DNA of 64,000 nt from Pristiophorus japonicus (lineage: Eukaryota). The stretch is taken from assembly GCF_044704955.1 (NCBI RefSeq), contig NC_091985.1, forward strand, positions 208,754,001 through 208,818,000, given 5' to 3'. Of this stretch, positions 12,381 to 25,404 are shown one piece after another. Each line of letters begins with the position of its first letter. Position 1 is the stretch's first letter. The notes beneath the pieces were generated by a model that made no database searches, was not told the DNA's origin, and worked only from the letters and a program-made list of their open reading frames with translations. The position numbers and the translations under genes are program-made.

Positions 12381-12729
12381 CACCCCGGCCGACAAAGAGC
12401 CGCACAGCCCTTGGGCAGCAGCCCTAAAGGTTACATATAAACCTATGAACAATGACAGAAAGGCAAAGAGTACCCAGCCCAATCAGTACACCTCACACAA
12501 CTGCGCTATCTCTTATACTGAAACATTACACACTCCACCCCCAACCGGAGCCATGCGATCTCCTGGGAGAGGTGAAAACCAGATAAAAATCCAGGCCAAT
12601 TTAGGGGAAAAAAATGAGAAAATTCCTCTCCGACTGATCCAGGCGATCGAAACTAGTCCAGATCATCACCCTGGCAGTATTCTATTCCCTGCAGTACTTA
12701 CCATTATATCTGCACCATCCAACAAAAGG

Positions 12730-13355
12730 TCATCCAGTGTAATCCCAATTACCAGCTCTAGGTCCGTAACCCTGCAGGTTACTGCACTTTAAGTGCCTAT
12801 CCAACCATCTCTTAAAAGTGGTGAGGGTTTCTGCATCCACCATTCTTCCAGGCAACGAGTTCCAGATCCCCACAACCCTCTGTGTAAAGAAGCCCCCTCT
12901 CAAATCCCCTCCTAAAGCTTCCACTAACCACCTTAAAACTTTACCCTCTCGTTATAGACTCCTCCACCAATGGAAATAGGCTCTTACTATCCACTATGTC
13001 CAGGCCTCTCAATATTTTGTACACCTCAATGAGGTCTGCTCTCAATCTCCTCTGTTCCAATGAGAACAAACCAACCCAGCCTATCCAATCTGTCCTCATA
13101 ACTAAGATTCTCCATTCTAGGCAGCATCCTAGTAAATCTCCTCTGCTCCCTCTCTAGTGCAATCACATCCTTTTAATAACACGGCAACCAGAACTGCATG
13201 CAATACTCCAGCTGTGGCCTAATCAAAGTATTATACAATTTAAACATAACCTCCCTGCTCTTATATTCTGTGCCTCGACCAATAAAGGCAAGTATTCCAT
13301 ATGCCTTCTTAACCACCTTATCCACCTGGCCTGCTACTTTCAGGGATCTGTGGAC
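12730..13355 (-). mobile_element. Host CR1, 3' part (continues at 20521-20599 and 23337-23640)
   Basis: VHRSLKVAGQVDKVVKKAYG; collinear with the uninterrupted CR1 at 34681-35825. Confidence 0.85.
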
Positions 13356-14270
13356 CAATGGTGGAGCTTTGGAGGTGCGGCCTATTCAGTTGGAGCTCTG
13401 CTGTAGTGAGAGAAGGAACTCCCTGCTGAAGCTCCTGTCTGGAAGGCCTGGAGTGAGCCCTGAGATCAGCCCAGGAAGAGGAGGAAAGGGCTGGCTTACT
13501 GCAGTTCAACATCCAGAGGGAGAGGAGGAGAGCAGAAAAAATTATCAACTTTATTACTGCTACAAAGAGTTGGAGAGAGGGGGAAAAGAGCAACAACCTG
13601 TATGAAAGGAGGGAGATTCTACAACATTCTACAGGTGGGTGTTGGTGCATTCCCCGAAAGACATTGCTTTATTGGTGGGGGGAGAAAAGAAGATTTTCTT
13701 CGAGGCCCGGAACATCGCGGGGGTGTGTGTGTGGAAGTGTGTGGGGGTCTTGCTTACAGCTAGGCCCCACACACCACTGAAGCACCCCTCCCCCATTGCC
13801 TAGCCTGGGATAGCTGGAGCTACCTGGCTGAAGATTTACTAATGACCCTATTAAACATCGTTGGGAGTGTGTGCCTGGGTGGCTCCAGCTGTCCCAGGTG
13901 AAGACATCTTCTCCTCCCACCCGAAAACCATCCCATAAGACTGTGCCTTGCTTTGTTTTTCCATCATCTAGGGAGTGCGCCCCAGAAAAACACCCACCCA
14001 TCGCTGTGAGGGGAGACCTGCCCTCACAGCTTCCCTCTCTCTCTGTCACTCTCTCTGTCTCTCCCCTCTCTCTCTGAGAGCCCTTTCCTCCTTAATTGGA
14101 AAAACAATTAAGACAACTGAGCAGAGGGAGCAAAGCCCCTCCCCAATTGTCAACTAGGGGAGAGGTGTGCCTCATTGAGAGCTCCTCTGCTCAGAAATTC
14201 AAACAAGGCCAATTTAAGACCATTAAGGCCTGTGACTCTGGGTGGGTGTAGCCCTTAAAGGGACCCCGTG

Positions 14271-16353
14271 ATGGCAACTCCATCCACGCTGGTGGCAGGG
14301 CCAGCTAAGACTTATGCGCAGGCGGCGTCCACATCCCCTGCGCCTCCTGCTGCCCTGCCACCATTCAGACTAATTACTAAGAAACACAGGGTCAAGAGCT
14401 ACACTCACCCCACAATGAGCATTGAGGAGTGCGTGCGGGCGATGGCTGGGATAGTCGGCCCCTCGGCCATTGTCGCAGCCTCCAAGATGTCTGGGAAGGC
14501 TGTATTCTTCCTGGGGTCGGAGCAGGCGGTGTCCCTGGCCCTTGAAAAGGGGCTCACGGTGGGCGGGACATTCCTGCCGGTGGACCCTCTCGAGGCCACC
14601 GTGCAGAGGGTCATCATTTCAAACGTCCCGCCCTTTGTTCCCGCTGAGCTCCTCCTCCCTCACCTGCACCAACTGGGGGAGGTAAGGTTAGGGATCAACC
14701 CCATACCGCTCGGCCTCAGGGAGAACAGCCTGCGCCACATCTTCTCCTTCCGCCGCCAGCTCTTTGTCCGGCTGGCGCGGGACGAGACAACAGAGGGATC
14801 ATTTAATGTGGTGCATGAGGGGACTGCCTACCGTGTCTTCTGGACGTCAGACAGCGTGCGGTGCCATGCCTGTAGGGAGGTGGGGCACGTTCGCAAGAAC
14901 TGCCCCGCCTCCAAGGCCGCCAAATCACCGAAGGCGGCCAAGGCTGGCGCCGCCGCCACCCCTCCCCCTAGTAGCGTCCGCATGCCTGGAGCCGTAGGAG
15001 CGCGGGCATCGTCGGGGGCCTTTGTTTTCACGGCCTCTGGCGGGGGGGAGGGAGAGCGTCCGATCGGAAGGAAGGCACGGAGGAAGGCGAAACATCTCGA
15101 GGCGCGCCAGAAAGTTTGACCACCGCGCTCAGCCCAACCCAGTCATCGGCGAGCGCGGGGAGCCCTGAGCCCGTGCCCGAGCCCTTGACCAATACCGCAG
15201 AGGGGCTCTGGCGCGGGCAAGATAAGAAAAAGGGGGGTGGCGGAGCGGGAGGCCTCGGCAGACATGGAGGCCTCCCTGCCTCTGCGCACCCCCAGGAACA
15301 AAAGGAGGCACCGCTCCAATGAGGCGGAGGGGGAACAACATCCCTCCACGGAGGAGTCGGTGCCCGCCGCGTGTCCCGCGTCCCCCACCAGCGCACCCAA
15401 ACTGCGCCATAGACGGGAGGAATCTGTCCCCGGGGAGGGTGAGGCAGTCGAGGCTGCCCAGCCTCTGCCTCCCGGGGATGGCGTGGAGGATCTGCCTGTC
15501 GTGGGGGGCGTGGGGCCAGCGGAGGAATGCGTTGCCGCCGGGTCGAGCGTCCCGGGGACTGAGGTGGGCGGGGCCGAAAAGGCCGAACCTGAGCCCGCCC
15601 AGCCTTTATCCAACTTCCCCCGGGATTTGCTCGACTTGGCAGAAATAAACAGTATTAACAATTTTAATGAATCTGTACACGCTGGGCCGGGAGGTGGCGG
15701 CGGGGAGGGGGAAGAACCACAACCCTCGCCGCCGACTTTGGAGCTGGGGTACTTGGAGGACCTGGAACATTACTTTGGCCAGGTCTCTCCGTGTTCCCCG
15801 GCTCCTGGGGCGGAGGAGGAACCCCTTCCGCTGTCACTTCCTGACCCAGCACCATTTTTAAAAGAGCCCAGTGGGGACTCCTCTGTCGACGATCCTGGGG
15901 GTTGGGATCGGGGCAGAGCCAGGGCCGGATGGAGTGGCCGGGCTGTTTGCCGTACCTCGTGCGGTCGACGGGCCGGCTGCTAGCGGCGACCTCCCGGAGG
16001 AGGACGGGGACTCGGTGGAGGACGCGGGTGAAGATCTCGAGTCCATCACCAGTGAGGCGGTGGATCTCCTCGTGCCCGCCGCTGAGTCCCCCCTCATTCC
16101 CGTAGAGGAACTCCGGGACTTTCTGGTCCAGAGCCAGGGTAGCTGCAACCGAACCCATCTGGCCCGGGAAAGATGGTCCGAGCCGGGGCTGCTCATCGCT
16201 TCCGTCCGCGTCGCCGCTAAAACCATGGCCGCGGGCAGGCCCTTATCAAAGGCACAAGGCCTTGAGCTGCGCCGGCTCAAAAAGTTCCTCGCTGGGCTGC
16301 TGAAGGAGTGGAGGTCAACAAACGACTCCACTCCACCCCCCACAATAGGTTAG
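14271..16353 (+). pseudogene. Tx1 ORF1 (gag-like, zinc knuckle), frameshifted
   Basis: VIISNVPPFVP, CHACREVGHVRKNC (CX2CX4HX4C), Pro/Glu-rich tail; split over three ORFs. Confidence 0.85.
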
Positions 16354-16378
16354 GTAGAGGTTGCACTATGCTCTAGTC

Positions 16379-19300
16379 ATGAAGATAACCATAGCCAGCC
16401 TCAACATCAACGGCGGCAGAGAGGCACGCCGTAGATTTAACAATTTTTCGCTCCTGCGGGAGGGGAAATATGCGGTGTGCTTCCTGCAAGAAACCCACAC
16501 CGTTCCGGGAGACGAAGCCACGTGGCTCCTGGAATGGCAAGGAGAGGTCCGCATGAGCCACCTCACTACCACTTCTTGTGGGGTGGCCATCTTGTTGGCC
16601 CCGCATTTTCAGCCGGAGATCTTGGGGGTCGAGGAGCCCATGCCAGGCCGCTTGCTGCACGTAATGGTTCACCTGGGGGACGTGCCGCTCCATCTCATGA
16701 ACGTGTGTGCCCCTCAGCCCGGACCGCAGCAAATGCGCTTCTTCGAAGAGGTGTCCGCTTTTCTTGGCTCCGTCGACGTCGGCGACTGCTTTGTCGTCGG
16801 GGGGGATTTTAACTGCACCCTCGAGGCGAGGGACCGCTCCGGTGCCCCGCAGAGCATGACGGCGATGGAGAAGTTGAGGGACCTGGTCGGGTCCTTCGAC
16901 TTGGTGGACGTCTGGCGAAATCTCCATCCCGACTGCAGCGCCTTTACTTGGGTGAGGCCTGGAGTAGGATGGTCCAGAGTCGACCGCATTTACGTGTCTC
17001 GGGCGTACGTTTCCTGCGTCCCAGCGGCCTCCATGCGGCCGGTGCCGTGTTCGGACCACCACCTGGTGTGGGCGGAGCTCGCTTCGCTCCGCGTGAGGAC
17101 GGGGTCCGCGTACTGGCATTTTAACAACCAGCTGCTGGAGCACGTACGGTTCCAGGACTCGTTCCATCGTTTCTGGGCCGACTGGAGTAGGAAGCAGGGG
17201 GGCTTCCCCTCCTTGAGGCTATGGTGGGACGTGGGCAAGGCTCACGTCCGCGTCTTCTGTCAAGAGTATGCGAGGGGGTCGACCAAGAGGCGGGCAGCCA
17301 GGGTCGGGCGCCTAGAAAAAGAGGTGCTCGAACTGGAGTCCCGTCTCAGTCAAGTCGTCGAGGACCCGGCCCTGTGGATGGTGTACAAAGCGAAGAAGGC
17401 CGCGCTGAAGGACCTGCAGCTCGTCGGGTCCCGAGGCGCGTTCGTGAGGTCGCGGTTCCGGTCCCTGCGGGATCTGGACCGCGGCTCCCCCTTCTTCTAC
17501 CAGCTGGAAAAAAGACAGAGTGTCCGTAAGCAGCTCTTGATGCTGCTGGCCGACGACGGCTCTCTCGTCTCGGATCCGGAGGGCGTCAACAACAGGGCCC
17601 ATGAATATTACGGGGCTCTGTTCTCTCCGGAGCCGTCCAGCGAGGAAGCGCGTAGAGTTTTGTGGGAGGACCTGCCGAAGGTCAGCCCGGAGGGCGCCGA
17701 AAATCTGGAAGCTCCGCTAAGCCTGGCGGAGCTGACCGGCGCCCTCGCCCGGCTCTCGAGGGGAAAAGCCCGGGGGCTGGACGGGCTGACCGTGGAGTTC
17801 CACAGGGCGTTCTGGGATGTCCTGGGGGGCGACTACGCGTGGGTCCTGGGGGAAAGTCTGGCGACCGGGGAGATGCCCCTCTCTTGGCGCAGGGCAGTCA
17901 TCGTCCTGCTGCCTAAGAAGGGCGATCTCCGCCTCCTTAAGAACTGGCGCCCGGTCTCCCTCCTCAGCACGGACTACAAAATTTTCGCCAGGGCGATGTC
18001 TGCTCGCATTGGCGCCGTGCTGGACCACATGATCCACCCCGACCAGTCCTACACGGTCCCGGGCCGGACAATCCATGATAACATCCATCTGGTCCGGGAC
18101 CTTATCCATCATTCCCAGGAGGCTAGTCTGTCGGCCGCCTTCCTATCTCTCGACCAAGAGAAGGCGTTTGACAGGGTGGATCACGACTATCTGTTCGGAA
18201 ATCTGCGCGCTTTCGGGTTCGGGATGCATTTCGTCGCCCGGATCCGACTTTTGTACACCGCCGCGGAGTGTCTGATAAAGGTTAACGGGTCATTGACGGC
18301 GCCCCTTCACTTTGGGAGAGGGGTGCGCCAGGGCTACCCCATGTCCGGCCAGTTATATGCCATCTGCGTGGAGCCTTTCCTGCGCCTCCTGCGGATGAGG
18401 TTGACGGGACTGGCTCTGCAAGGGCCGGGCGTGGAGGTCGTCCTCTCGGCTTACGCCGATGACGTGCTCCTCGCGGTAGACGTTCCCGCTGACCTGCGGA
18501 GGATGCGTGAGTGCCAGGAGATTTACTCGGCCGCATCCTCTGCCAGGATCAACTGGGAGAAATGTTCCGGACTCCTGGTGGGTCAGTGGCGGGTGGACTC
18601 CCTGCCGGAGGATCTCAGGCCTTTTGCCTGGAGCATGACCCATCTCCTCTATCTGGGAGTCTACCTTAGCCCCGACGAGGAAGCCTGGCCAGCGAACTGG
18701 CAAGAGCTGGAGGCCAAGGTCGCCGCTCGCCTAGGGCGCTGGACAGGACTGCTCCGAGTGCTGTCCTGCAGGGGTCGAGCGCGAGTCATAAACCAGCTGG
18801 TGGCCACCATGTTGTGGTACCAGCTGGTCACTTTGACCCCTCCCCCTGCGTTTGTCACCAAGATACAGAAGAAGCTGGTGGACTTCTTCTGGAACAACAG
18901 GAAGCACTGGGTCTCTGCCACCGTCTTGAGTCTCCCGCTTGGGGAGGGCGGTTAGTCGTTGGTGTGCGTCAGCACCCAGCTCGCGATATTCCATCTTCAG
19001 ACCCTGCAGAGATACCTTTACGTTGAGCCCCCTCCTAGGTGGCGTGCTCTGGCGACGTATTTCTTCCGCCAGCAGCACGGTCTCAACTACGACACGCAGC
19101 TCCTGTTTGTGAGCTTGGGGGACATCAGGACCGCCTTCCAGGAGCTGCCTGTCTTTTACCAGGAACTCACCAGGGTCTGGAACAAAGTCTCCACCAAACG
19201 CAGCTCTCCACCGGCTGGAATGGCGGCTGTCCTGCAGGAGCCGCTGCTCGGGAATCCGTACCTCCACGACCGAGGTTTTAGGTGGCGGTCGGACGAGAGG

Positions 19301-20278
19301 GCTGTGGCTGGTGAGGTGACCAGAGTCAGGGACCTGCTCGATGGCGGAGGAGCGGGCTGGATGGCGCCAGACACGCTGGCGCAGCGCCTAAATTCCGCCA
19401 ACGTCCGTCGCGCGGCCGATGCCATCGAGTCGCTAAAAACAGCTCTGGGCCCTGACTCCATTAGGTGCATCGAGGAGGCTCATGCACGTGGGGAGATCCC
19501 GTCGGAACTGACCCCCGTCCGGACGGAATTCCTCATCGGCGCCAAACCCCGGAACCTCCCTCGGGAGCCGGCACCTCACAACTTGAGCCGCCTCGAGGAA
19601 ATCCCCTCCGTGCCTTTCAGTTCCGCGCGGAGGGGTTTCCTGTACGGGCTGCTCCTGCACACTCTCACCTTTGAAATCCTCGCCTGCTGTCCGGACACGC
19701 CATGGCATACCATCTTGCCGTCCGGAGGAGGCGGGGGTCCCCGATGAAGGGCACTCTACGCGGGAGTCCTCCCAGTATTTATCGGGGACTTGGCCTGGAG
19801 GGTGGTGCACGGAGCAGTGCCGTGCAATAAATTTTTAAGCCGGTTCACAGGCTCCCAGGCCGCCTGCAATTTCTGCGGTCTGGAAGAGTCCGTGTTCCAT
19901 GTTTTTATTGAATGCATGAGGTTGCAGCCCCTGTTTTCTTATTTAAAGGGGCTTCTCCTGAAATTTTGGCTGCACTTCAGTCCCACACTCCTGATCTTTG
20001 GCCACCCTGTGCGGAGGGGAGCGGGTAGGTCCGAGGGCCTCCTCGTAGGACTGCTTCTGGGCACGGCCAAGGGTGCCATCAGCCGGTCCAGGCAGCGGGC
20101 GGTCGAGAGGGTCGTTCAACCTGACTGCCTGCCTCTCTTCCGCGTGTACATCCGCGCCAGGGTGTCCTTGGAGATGGAGCACGCGGTGTCCACCGGTACG
20201 CTCGCGGCCTTCCGCGAGAGGTGGGCACCGGAGGGACTGGAGTGCATCATCACGCCCGGCAACCAAATTTTAATTTGA
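16379..20278 (+). pseudogene. Tx1 ORF2 (APE endonuclease, RT, CCHC), one frame with two nonsense codons
   Basis: SLNING, FLQETH, GDFN, SDH, NWRPVSLLSTDYK, YADD, CNFCGLEESVFHVFIEC; stops at 18953 and 19745. Confidence 0.92.
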
Positions 20279-20599
20279 CTTTATGTTTTAAAGTTTAATT
20301 TGTTTTAATTGCCGGTGTTTTTAGTGTCCCCTCCCCTTTTGTAGGGGGCACTTGTAGGGAAAAATATATATGATTTTAGTGCCCAAAAAAAAACTTTAAA
20401 AAAAAACAAAGAAACAAAAAAAAATACAAAAAACAAAAAAGAAGGACCTTGTAAATGTCTGGTGCGTCCCCCAGATCGGGGGGCCACGATTTACTGTTTT
20501 CGTTTCCCCCAAAAAAGAGTTCTGTGGACAAGCACTCCAAGGTCCCTTTGTTCATCTACACTATTAAGTGGCCTACCGCTTAATGTTTATAGCCTGTTT

Positions 20600-23336
20600 A
20601 TAGAATAAAAGGAAAAGGAGGTGGGGTAGCATTGCTGGTTAAGGAGGAAATTAAGGCAATAGTTCAGAAGGACATTAGCATGGATGATGTGGAATCTATA
20701 TGGGTAGAGCTGCAGAACACCAAAGGGCAAAAAATGTTAGTGGGAGTTGTGTACAGACCTCCAAACAGTAGTAGTGATGTTGGGGAGGGCATCAAACATG
20801 AAATTAGGGGTGCATGCAATAAAGGTGCAGCAGTTATAATGGGTGACTTTAATATGCACATAGATTGGGTTAACCAAACTGGAAGCAATACGGTGGAGGA
20901 GGATTTCCTGGAGTACATAAGGGATGGTTTTTTAGACCAATATGTCGAGGAACCAACTAGGGGGGAGGCCATCTTAGACTGGGTGTTGTGTAATGAGAGA
21001 CGATTAATTAGCAATCTCGTTGTGCGAGGCCCCTTGGGGAAGAGTGACCATAATATGGTGGAATTCTGCATTAGGATGGAGAATGAAACAGTTAATTCAG
21101 AGACCATGGTCCAGAACTTAAAGAAGGGTAACTTTGAAGGTATGAGGTGTGAATTGGCTAGGATAGATTGGCGAATGATACTTAAGGGGTTGACTGTGGA
21201 TGGGCAATGGCAGACATTTAGAGACCACATGGATGAACTACAACAATTGTACATTCCTGCCTGGCGTAAAAATAAAAAAGGGAAGGTGGCTCAACCGTGG
21301 CTATCAAGGGAAATCAGGGATAGTATTAAAGCCAAGGAAGTGGCATACAAATTGGCCAGAAATAGCAGCGAACCCGGGGACTGGGAGAAATTTAGAACTC
21401 AGCAGAGGAGGACAAAGGGTTTGATTAGGGCAGGGAAAATGGAGTACGAGAAGAAGCTTGCAGGGAACATTAAGGCGGATTGCAAAAGTTTCTATAGATA
21501 TGTAAAGAGAAAAAGGTTAGTAAAGACAAACATAGGTACCCTGCAGTCAGAATCAGGGGAAGTCATAACGGGGAACAAAGAAATGGCGGACCAATTGAAC
21601 AAGTACTTTGGTTCGGTATTCACTAAGGAGGACACAAACAACCTTCCGGATAGAAAAGAGGTCAGAGGGTCTAGTAAGGAGGAGGAACTGAGGGAAATCC
21701 TTATTAGTCGGGAAATTGTGTTGGGGAAATTGATGGGATTGAAGGCCGATAAATCCCCAGGGCCTGATGGACTGCATCCCAGGGTACTTAAGGAGGTGGC
21801 CTTGGAAATAGTGGATGCATTGACAGTCATTTTCCAACATTCTATTGACTCTGGATCAGTTCCTATGGAGTGGAGGGTAGCCAATGTAACCCCACTTTTT
21901 AAAAAAGGAGGGAGAGAAATAACAGGGAATTATAGACCGGTCAGCCTGACATCGGTAGTGGGTAAAATGATGGAATCAATTATTAAGGATGTCATAGCAG
22001 TGCATTTGGAAAGAGGTGACATGAAAGGTCCAAGTCAGCATGGATTTGTGAAAGGGAAATCATGCTTGACAAATCTTCTGGAAATTTTTGATGATGTTTC
22101 CAATAGAGTGGACAAGGGAGAACCAGTTGATGTGGTATATTTGGACTTTCAGAAGGCTTTCGACAAGTTCCCAAACAAGAGATTAATGTGCAAAGTTAAA
22201 GCACATAGGATTGGGGGTAGTGTACTGACATGGATTGAGAACTGGTTGTCAGACAGGAAGCAAAGAGTAGGAGTAAATGGGGACTTTTCAGAATGGCAGG
22301 CGGTGACTAGTGGGGTACCGCAAGGTTCTGTGCTGGGGCCCCAGCTGTTTACACTGTACATTAATGATTTAGATGAGGGGATTAAATGTAGTATCTCCAA
22401 ATTTGCGGATGACACTAAGTTGGGTGGCAGTGTGAGCTGCGAGGAGGATGCTATGAGGCTGCAGAGTGACTTGGATAGGTTAGGTGAGTGGGCAAATGCA
22501 TGGCAGATGAAGTATAATGTGGATAAATGTGAGGTTATCCACTTTGGTGGTAAAAACAGAGAGACAGACTATTATCTGAATGGTGACAGATTAGGAAAAG
22601 GGGAGGTGCAAAGAGACCTGGGTGTCATGGTACATCAGTCATTGAAGGTTGGTATGCAGGTACAGCAGGCGGTTAAGAAAGCAAATGGCATGTTGGCCTT
22701 CATATCGAGGGGATTTGAGTACAGGGGCAGGGAGGTGTTGCTACAGTTGTACAGGGCCTTGGTGAGGCCACACCTGCAGTATTGTATACAGTTTTGGTCT
22801 CCTAACCTGAGGAAGGACATTCTTGCTATTGAGGGAGTGCAGCGAAGGTTCACCAGACTGATTCCCAGGATGGTGGGATTGACCTATCAAGAAAGACTGG
22901 ATCAACTGGGCTTGTATTCACTGGAGTTCAGAAGAATGAGAGGGGACCTCATAGAAACGTTTAAAATTCTGACGGGGTTAGACAGGTTAGATGCAGGAAG
23001 AATGTTCCCAATGTTGGGGAAGTCCAGAACCAGGGGACACAGTCTAAGGATAAGGGGTAAGCCATTTAGGACCGAGATGAGGAGGAATTTCTTCATCCAG
23101 AGAGTGGTGAACCTGTGGAATTCTCTACCACAGAAAGTTGTTGAGGCCAATTCACTAAATATATTCAAAAAGGAGTTGGATGAAGTCCTTACCACTAGGG
23201 GGATCAAGGGGTATGGCGAGAAAGCAGGAATGGGGTACTGAAGTTGCATGTTCAGCCATGAACTCATTGAATGGCGGTGCAGGCTAGAAGGGCCGAATGG
23301 CCTACTCTTGCACCTATTTTCTATGTTTCTATGTTT
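20600..23336 (+). mobile_element. Young 5'-truncated CR1 LINE with open ORF2
   Basis: Uninterrupted frame; (TTTCTATG)n tail; inserted into minus-strand host CR1. Confidence 0.95.
20632..23241 (+). CDS. CR1 ORF2 endonuclease-reverse transcriptase (N-terminus missing)
   Basis: 869 aa: MGDFN, SDH, NYRPVSLTS, GVPQGSVLGP, FADD. Confidence 0.85.
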   Translation: MLVKEEIKAIVQKDISMDDVESIWVELQNTKGQKMLVGVVYRPPNSSSDVGEGIKHEIRGACNKGAAVIMGDFNMHIDWVNQTGSNTVEEDFLEYIRDGFLDQYVEEPTRGEAILDWVLCNERRLISNLVVRGPLGKSDHNMVEFCIRMENETVNSETMVQNLKKGNFEGMRCELARIDWRMILKGLTVDGQWQTFRDHMDELQQLYIPAWRKNKKGKVAQPWLSREIRDSIKAKEVAYKLARNSSEPGDWEKFRTQQRRTKGLIRAGKMEYEKKLAGNIKADCKSFYRYVKRKRLVKTNIGTLQSESGEVITGNKEMADQLNKYFGSVFTKEDTNNLPDRKEVRGSSKEEELREILISREIVLGKLMGLKADKSPGPDGLHPRVLKEVALEIVDALTVIFQHSIDSGSVPMEWRVANVTPLFKKGGREITGNYRPVSLTSVVGKMMESIIKDVIAVHLERGDMKGPSQHGFVKGKSCLTNLLEIFDDVSNRVDKGEPVDVVYLDFQKAFDKFPNKRLMCKVKAHRIGGSVLTWIENWLSDRKQRVGVNGDFSEWQAVTSGVPQGSVLGPQLFTLYINDLDEGIKCSISKFADDTKLGGSVSCEEDAMRLQSDLDRLGEWANAWQMKYNVDKCEVIHFGGKNRETDYYLNGDRLGKGEVQRDLGVMVHQSLKVGMQVQQAVKKANGMLAFISRGFEYRGREVLLQLYRALVRPHLQYCIQFWSPNLRKDILAIEGVQRRFTRLIPRMVGLTYQERLDQLGLYSLEFRRMRGDLIETFKILTGLDRLDAGRMFPMLGKSRTRGHSLRIRGKPFRTEMRRNFFIQRVVNLWNSLPQKVVEANSLNIFKKELDEVLTTRGIKGYGEKAGMGY

Positions 23337-23640
23337 CCTTATTAGCCCTCCAAAAGTACATCACCTCACACTTCTCTGAATTAAATTCCATTTGCCACTG
23401 CTCTGCCCACCTGACCAGTAGATTGATATCCTCCTGCAGCCCATGACATTCCTCTTCATTATAACCACACAGCCAATTTTAGTGTTGTCCGCAAACTTCT
23501 TAATCATACTCCCTATATTCAAATCTAAATCGTTGATATATAAAGCACAAAAAGCAAGGGACCCAGTACTGAGCCTTGCGAAACCCCACTGGAAACATCC
23601 TTCCAGTCACAAAAACATCCATCAATCATTACCCTTTGCC
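23337..23640 (-). mobile_element. Host CR1 continuation (RT region)
   Basis: Collinear with 35420-35725. Confidence 0.8.
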
Positions 23641-23838
23641 ACTGGACCAAGACCTAGCTCTGTCAAGCCCGTGTGGTGGCTGGTGTGCAACGTTCAACAC
23701 ACGTTAATCCACACACAGGCATCTTCCACCCCCTCAATTGGATTTCAGGACTGGAACATCGGGTCCTTCGTTGAAACATCTGTGACCTCGTGTGGAAGCA
23801 AGTTATCCTGGTTCAAGGGACCGCCTATGATGATGATG
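23641..23838 (+). mobile_element. Short retroelement with RTE-type 3' tail
   Basis: Ends GGGACCGCCTATGATGATGATG, matching the RTE tail at 4665-4690 (reverse). Confidence 0.6.
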
Positions 23839-23869
23839 AAAGGAAAGCTCCGGGTCTGTATGGTGCCAG

Positions 23870-24540
23870 TGTGACACATCGAGACGTACCGCGCATGCGC
23901 GTCCATCTGTGCGCAACAACAATGTCTTCCCCGCCCGCGCATGCTCAGACAGTGAGGGAGATCCGGCTCAGCCCTGCCCACTGGGAGCTCCAAGCTCCGC
24001 CCCTCACACACTTCGATTGGTTGGAGGACCACCCGCGCGCTCGGTCCTCCAGTCCCATCCCCGCTCTTCCCATTGGTTGGGAGCTGCCGTCAATCACTCG
24101 GGCAGTGTGAGCTGAGCATGTGCGGGCTGCGGGAGGTGGAGTGGCGACAGCGGGTGAGAGATGGGCGGAGGGAGGGAGCAGGTTAATAAACTCCACGGGC
24201 TTCACATACACCGAGTGTGGGCCCAGGCCCGAGAGACAACACTCTGCATTATCCGCTTCACACACACCCGGTGCTGGCCTCAGGCCCCGAACAAGAACCT
24301 GCGGCTCCGGCCTTTCCCCGAGCGGGGTCCCCGGCAGTTGCGGGGCTTTCTCCCGGTGACAGGCTCCGGGGGGGCAGCAGGGCGCATGCGCGGCCTTTCC
24401 CTGGGCCAGGAACCAGGAGGAGAGAATGTTGAGAGTCTCTATCCTGGACTCACAGTCAGGGCTTTTGTAAACTGCTGTTCCAGGCTGGGGTTTAACATTC
24501 TGCATAAATAGCCGATTGGCTTATCGGGCCGCAGTGTTTG
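23870..24540 (+). promoter_or_regulatory. CpG-island promoter / putative first exon of ZNF locus 2
   Basis: NRF1-type GCGCATGCGC at 23891 and 24382, ATTGG boxes ~24016 and ~24072, GC boxes, candidate donor CGG|GTGAGA ~24153. Confidence 0.6.
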
Positions 24541-25404
24541 TTTCAGAACCGCTGTCTGATCTATCCCCTTAATCAAGGGCTGGTTAGGGATTAAAAAGAA
24601 GATATTCGTGTGGAGGCAGAGGGCATGGTTGAGGTTTTAAATGAGTACATTGCTTCTGTCTTCACTACAGAAGAGGATTCTGCCAATGTAGCAGTAAACA
24701 AGATAGTATCGATATTACTTGGGATAAAAATTATCAGATTGCGGGTGCAGGGGATGGATTGGTCCTGTGGGTGGGTTTAGAAGCTTTATAAACACCTGGT
24801 GTGGGCCTGAGGTGCCAAATAAGAGCCCACAGGCCCCGTGTTTGCCCCCCGGTGACGGGCCCTGTGAGTGACCGCCCGGGGGAGCGGGCTCACAGGCCGC
24901 CAGCTTGGACAGGGCGAGGCTCACTGCGACTGCGCAGTACTTTGGGCAGGAACAAAGAGTGGGCGGGGCTTCAGGGTCTCTGTCACTTTGATTGGACGAC
25001 ATGTTTCTCCCCATATTAGTGGCCCCTGAAAGGAAGCCTTGTTCTGATTCTTGTCTGGTGACCCTGGGGCAACACAGTATCACCCTATTGGTCCATCAAA
25101 ATAAGCCCAGTGTCCAGGAGAGAAAATCATCAGTTCATTGCTTTTATTCTCATTCTGCACACAGGGGCTGTAGAGCTGAACCCAGCCAGAGTAGAGGGAG
25201 GGAGAAAACTGGGAGCGGAGGATAAAATGATGGAGATGGTGCGATGGGTGTGGAGTTTAGCACAGGGAGGAGGGAGAGTGTGTGGGATGGGGATTTACAG
25301 CTTTGGGGGAACAAGAGAGTAAAAAATGTTCTATAGAAACTAAAATTATCTGTTCTGAATTTCTATCAATAATTACAGTGATGTATTTTGTAAACTCCCT
25401 TTAC

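Larger units (their letters stand above)
13356..20520 (+). mobile_element. Near full-length Tx1-clade non-LTR retrotransposon, copy 1
   Basis: ~0.9-kb 5' UTR, ORF1, ORF2, 3' UTR; 9-bp TSD TCTGTGGAC at 13347-13355 and 20521-20529. Confidence 0.92.
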
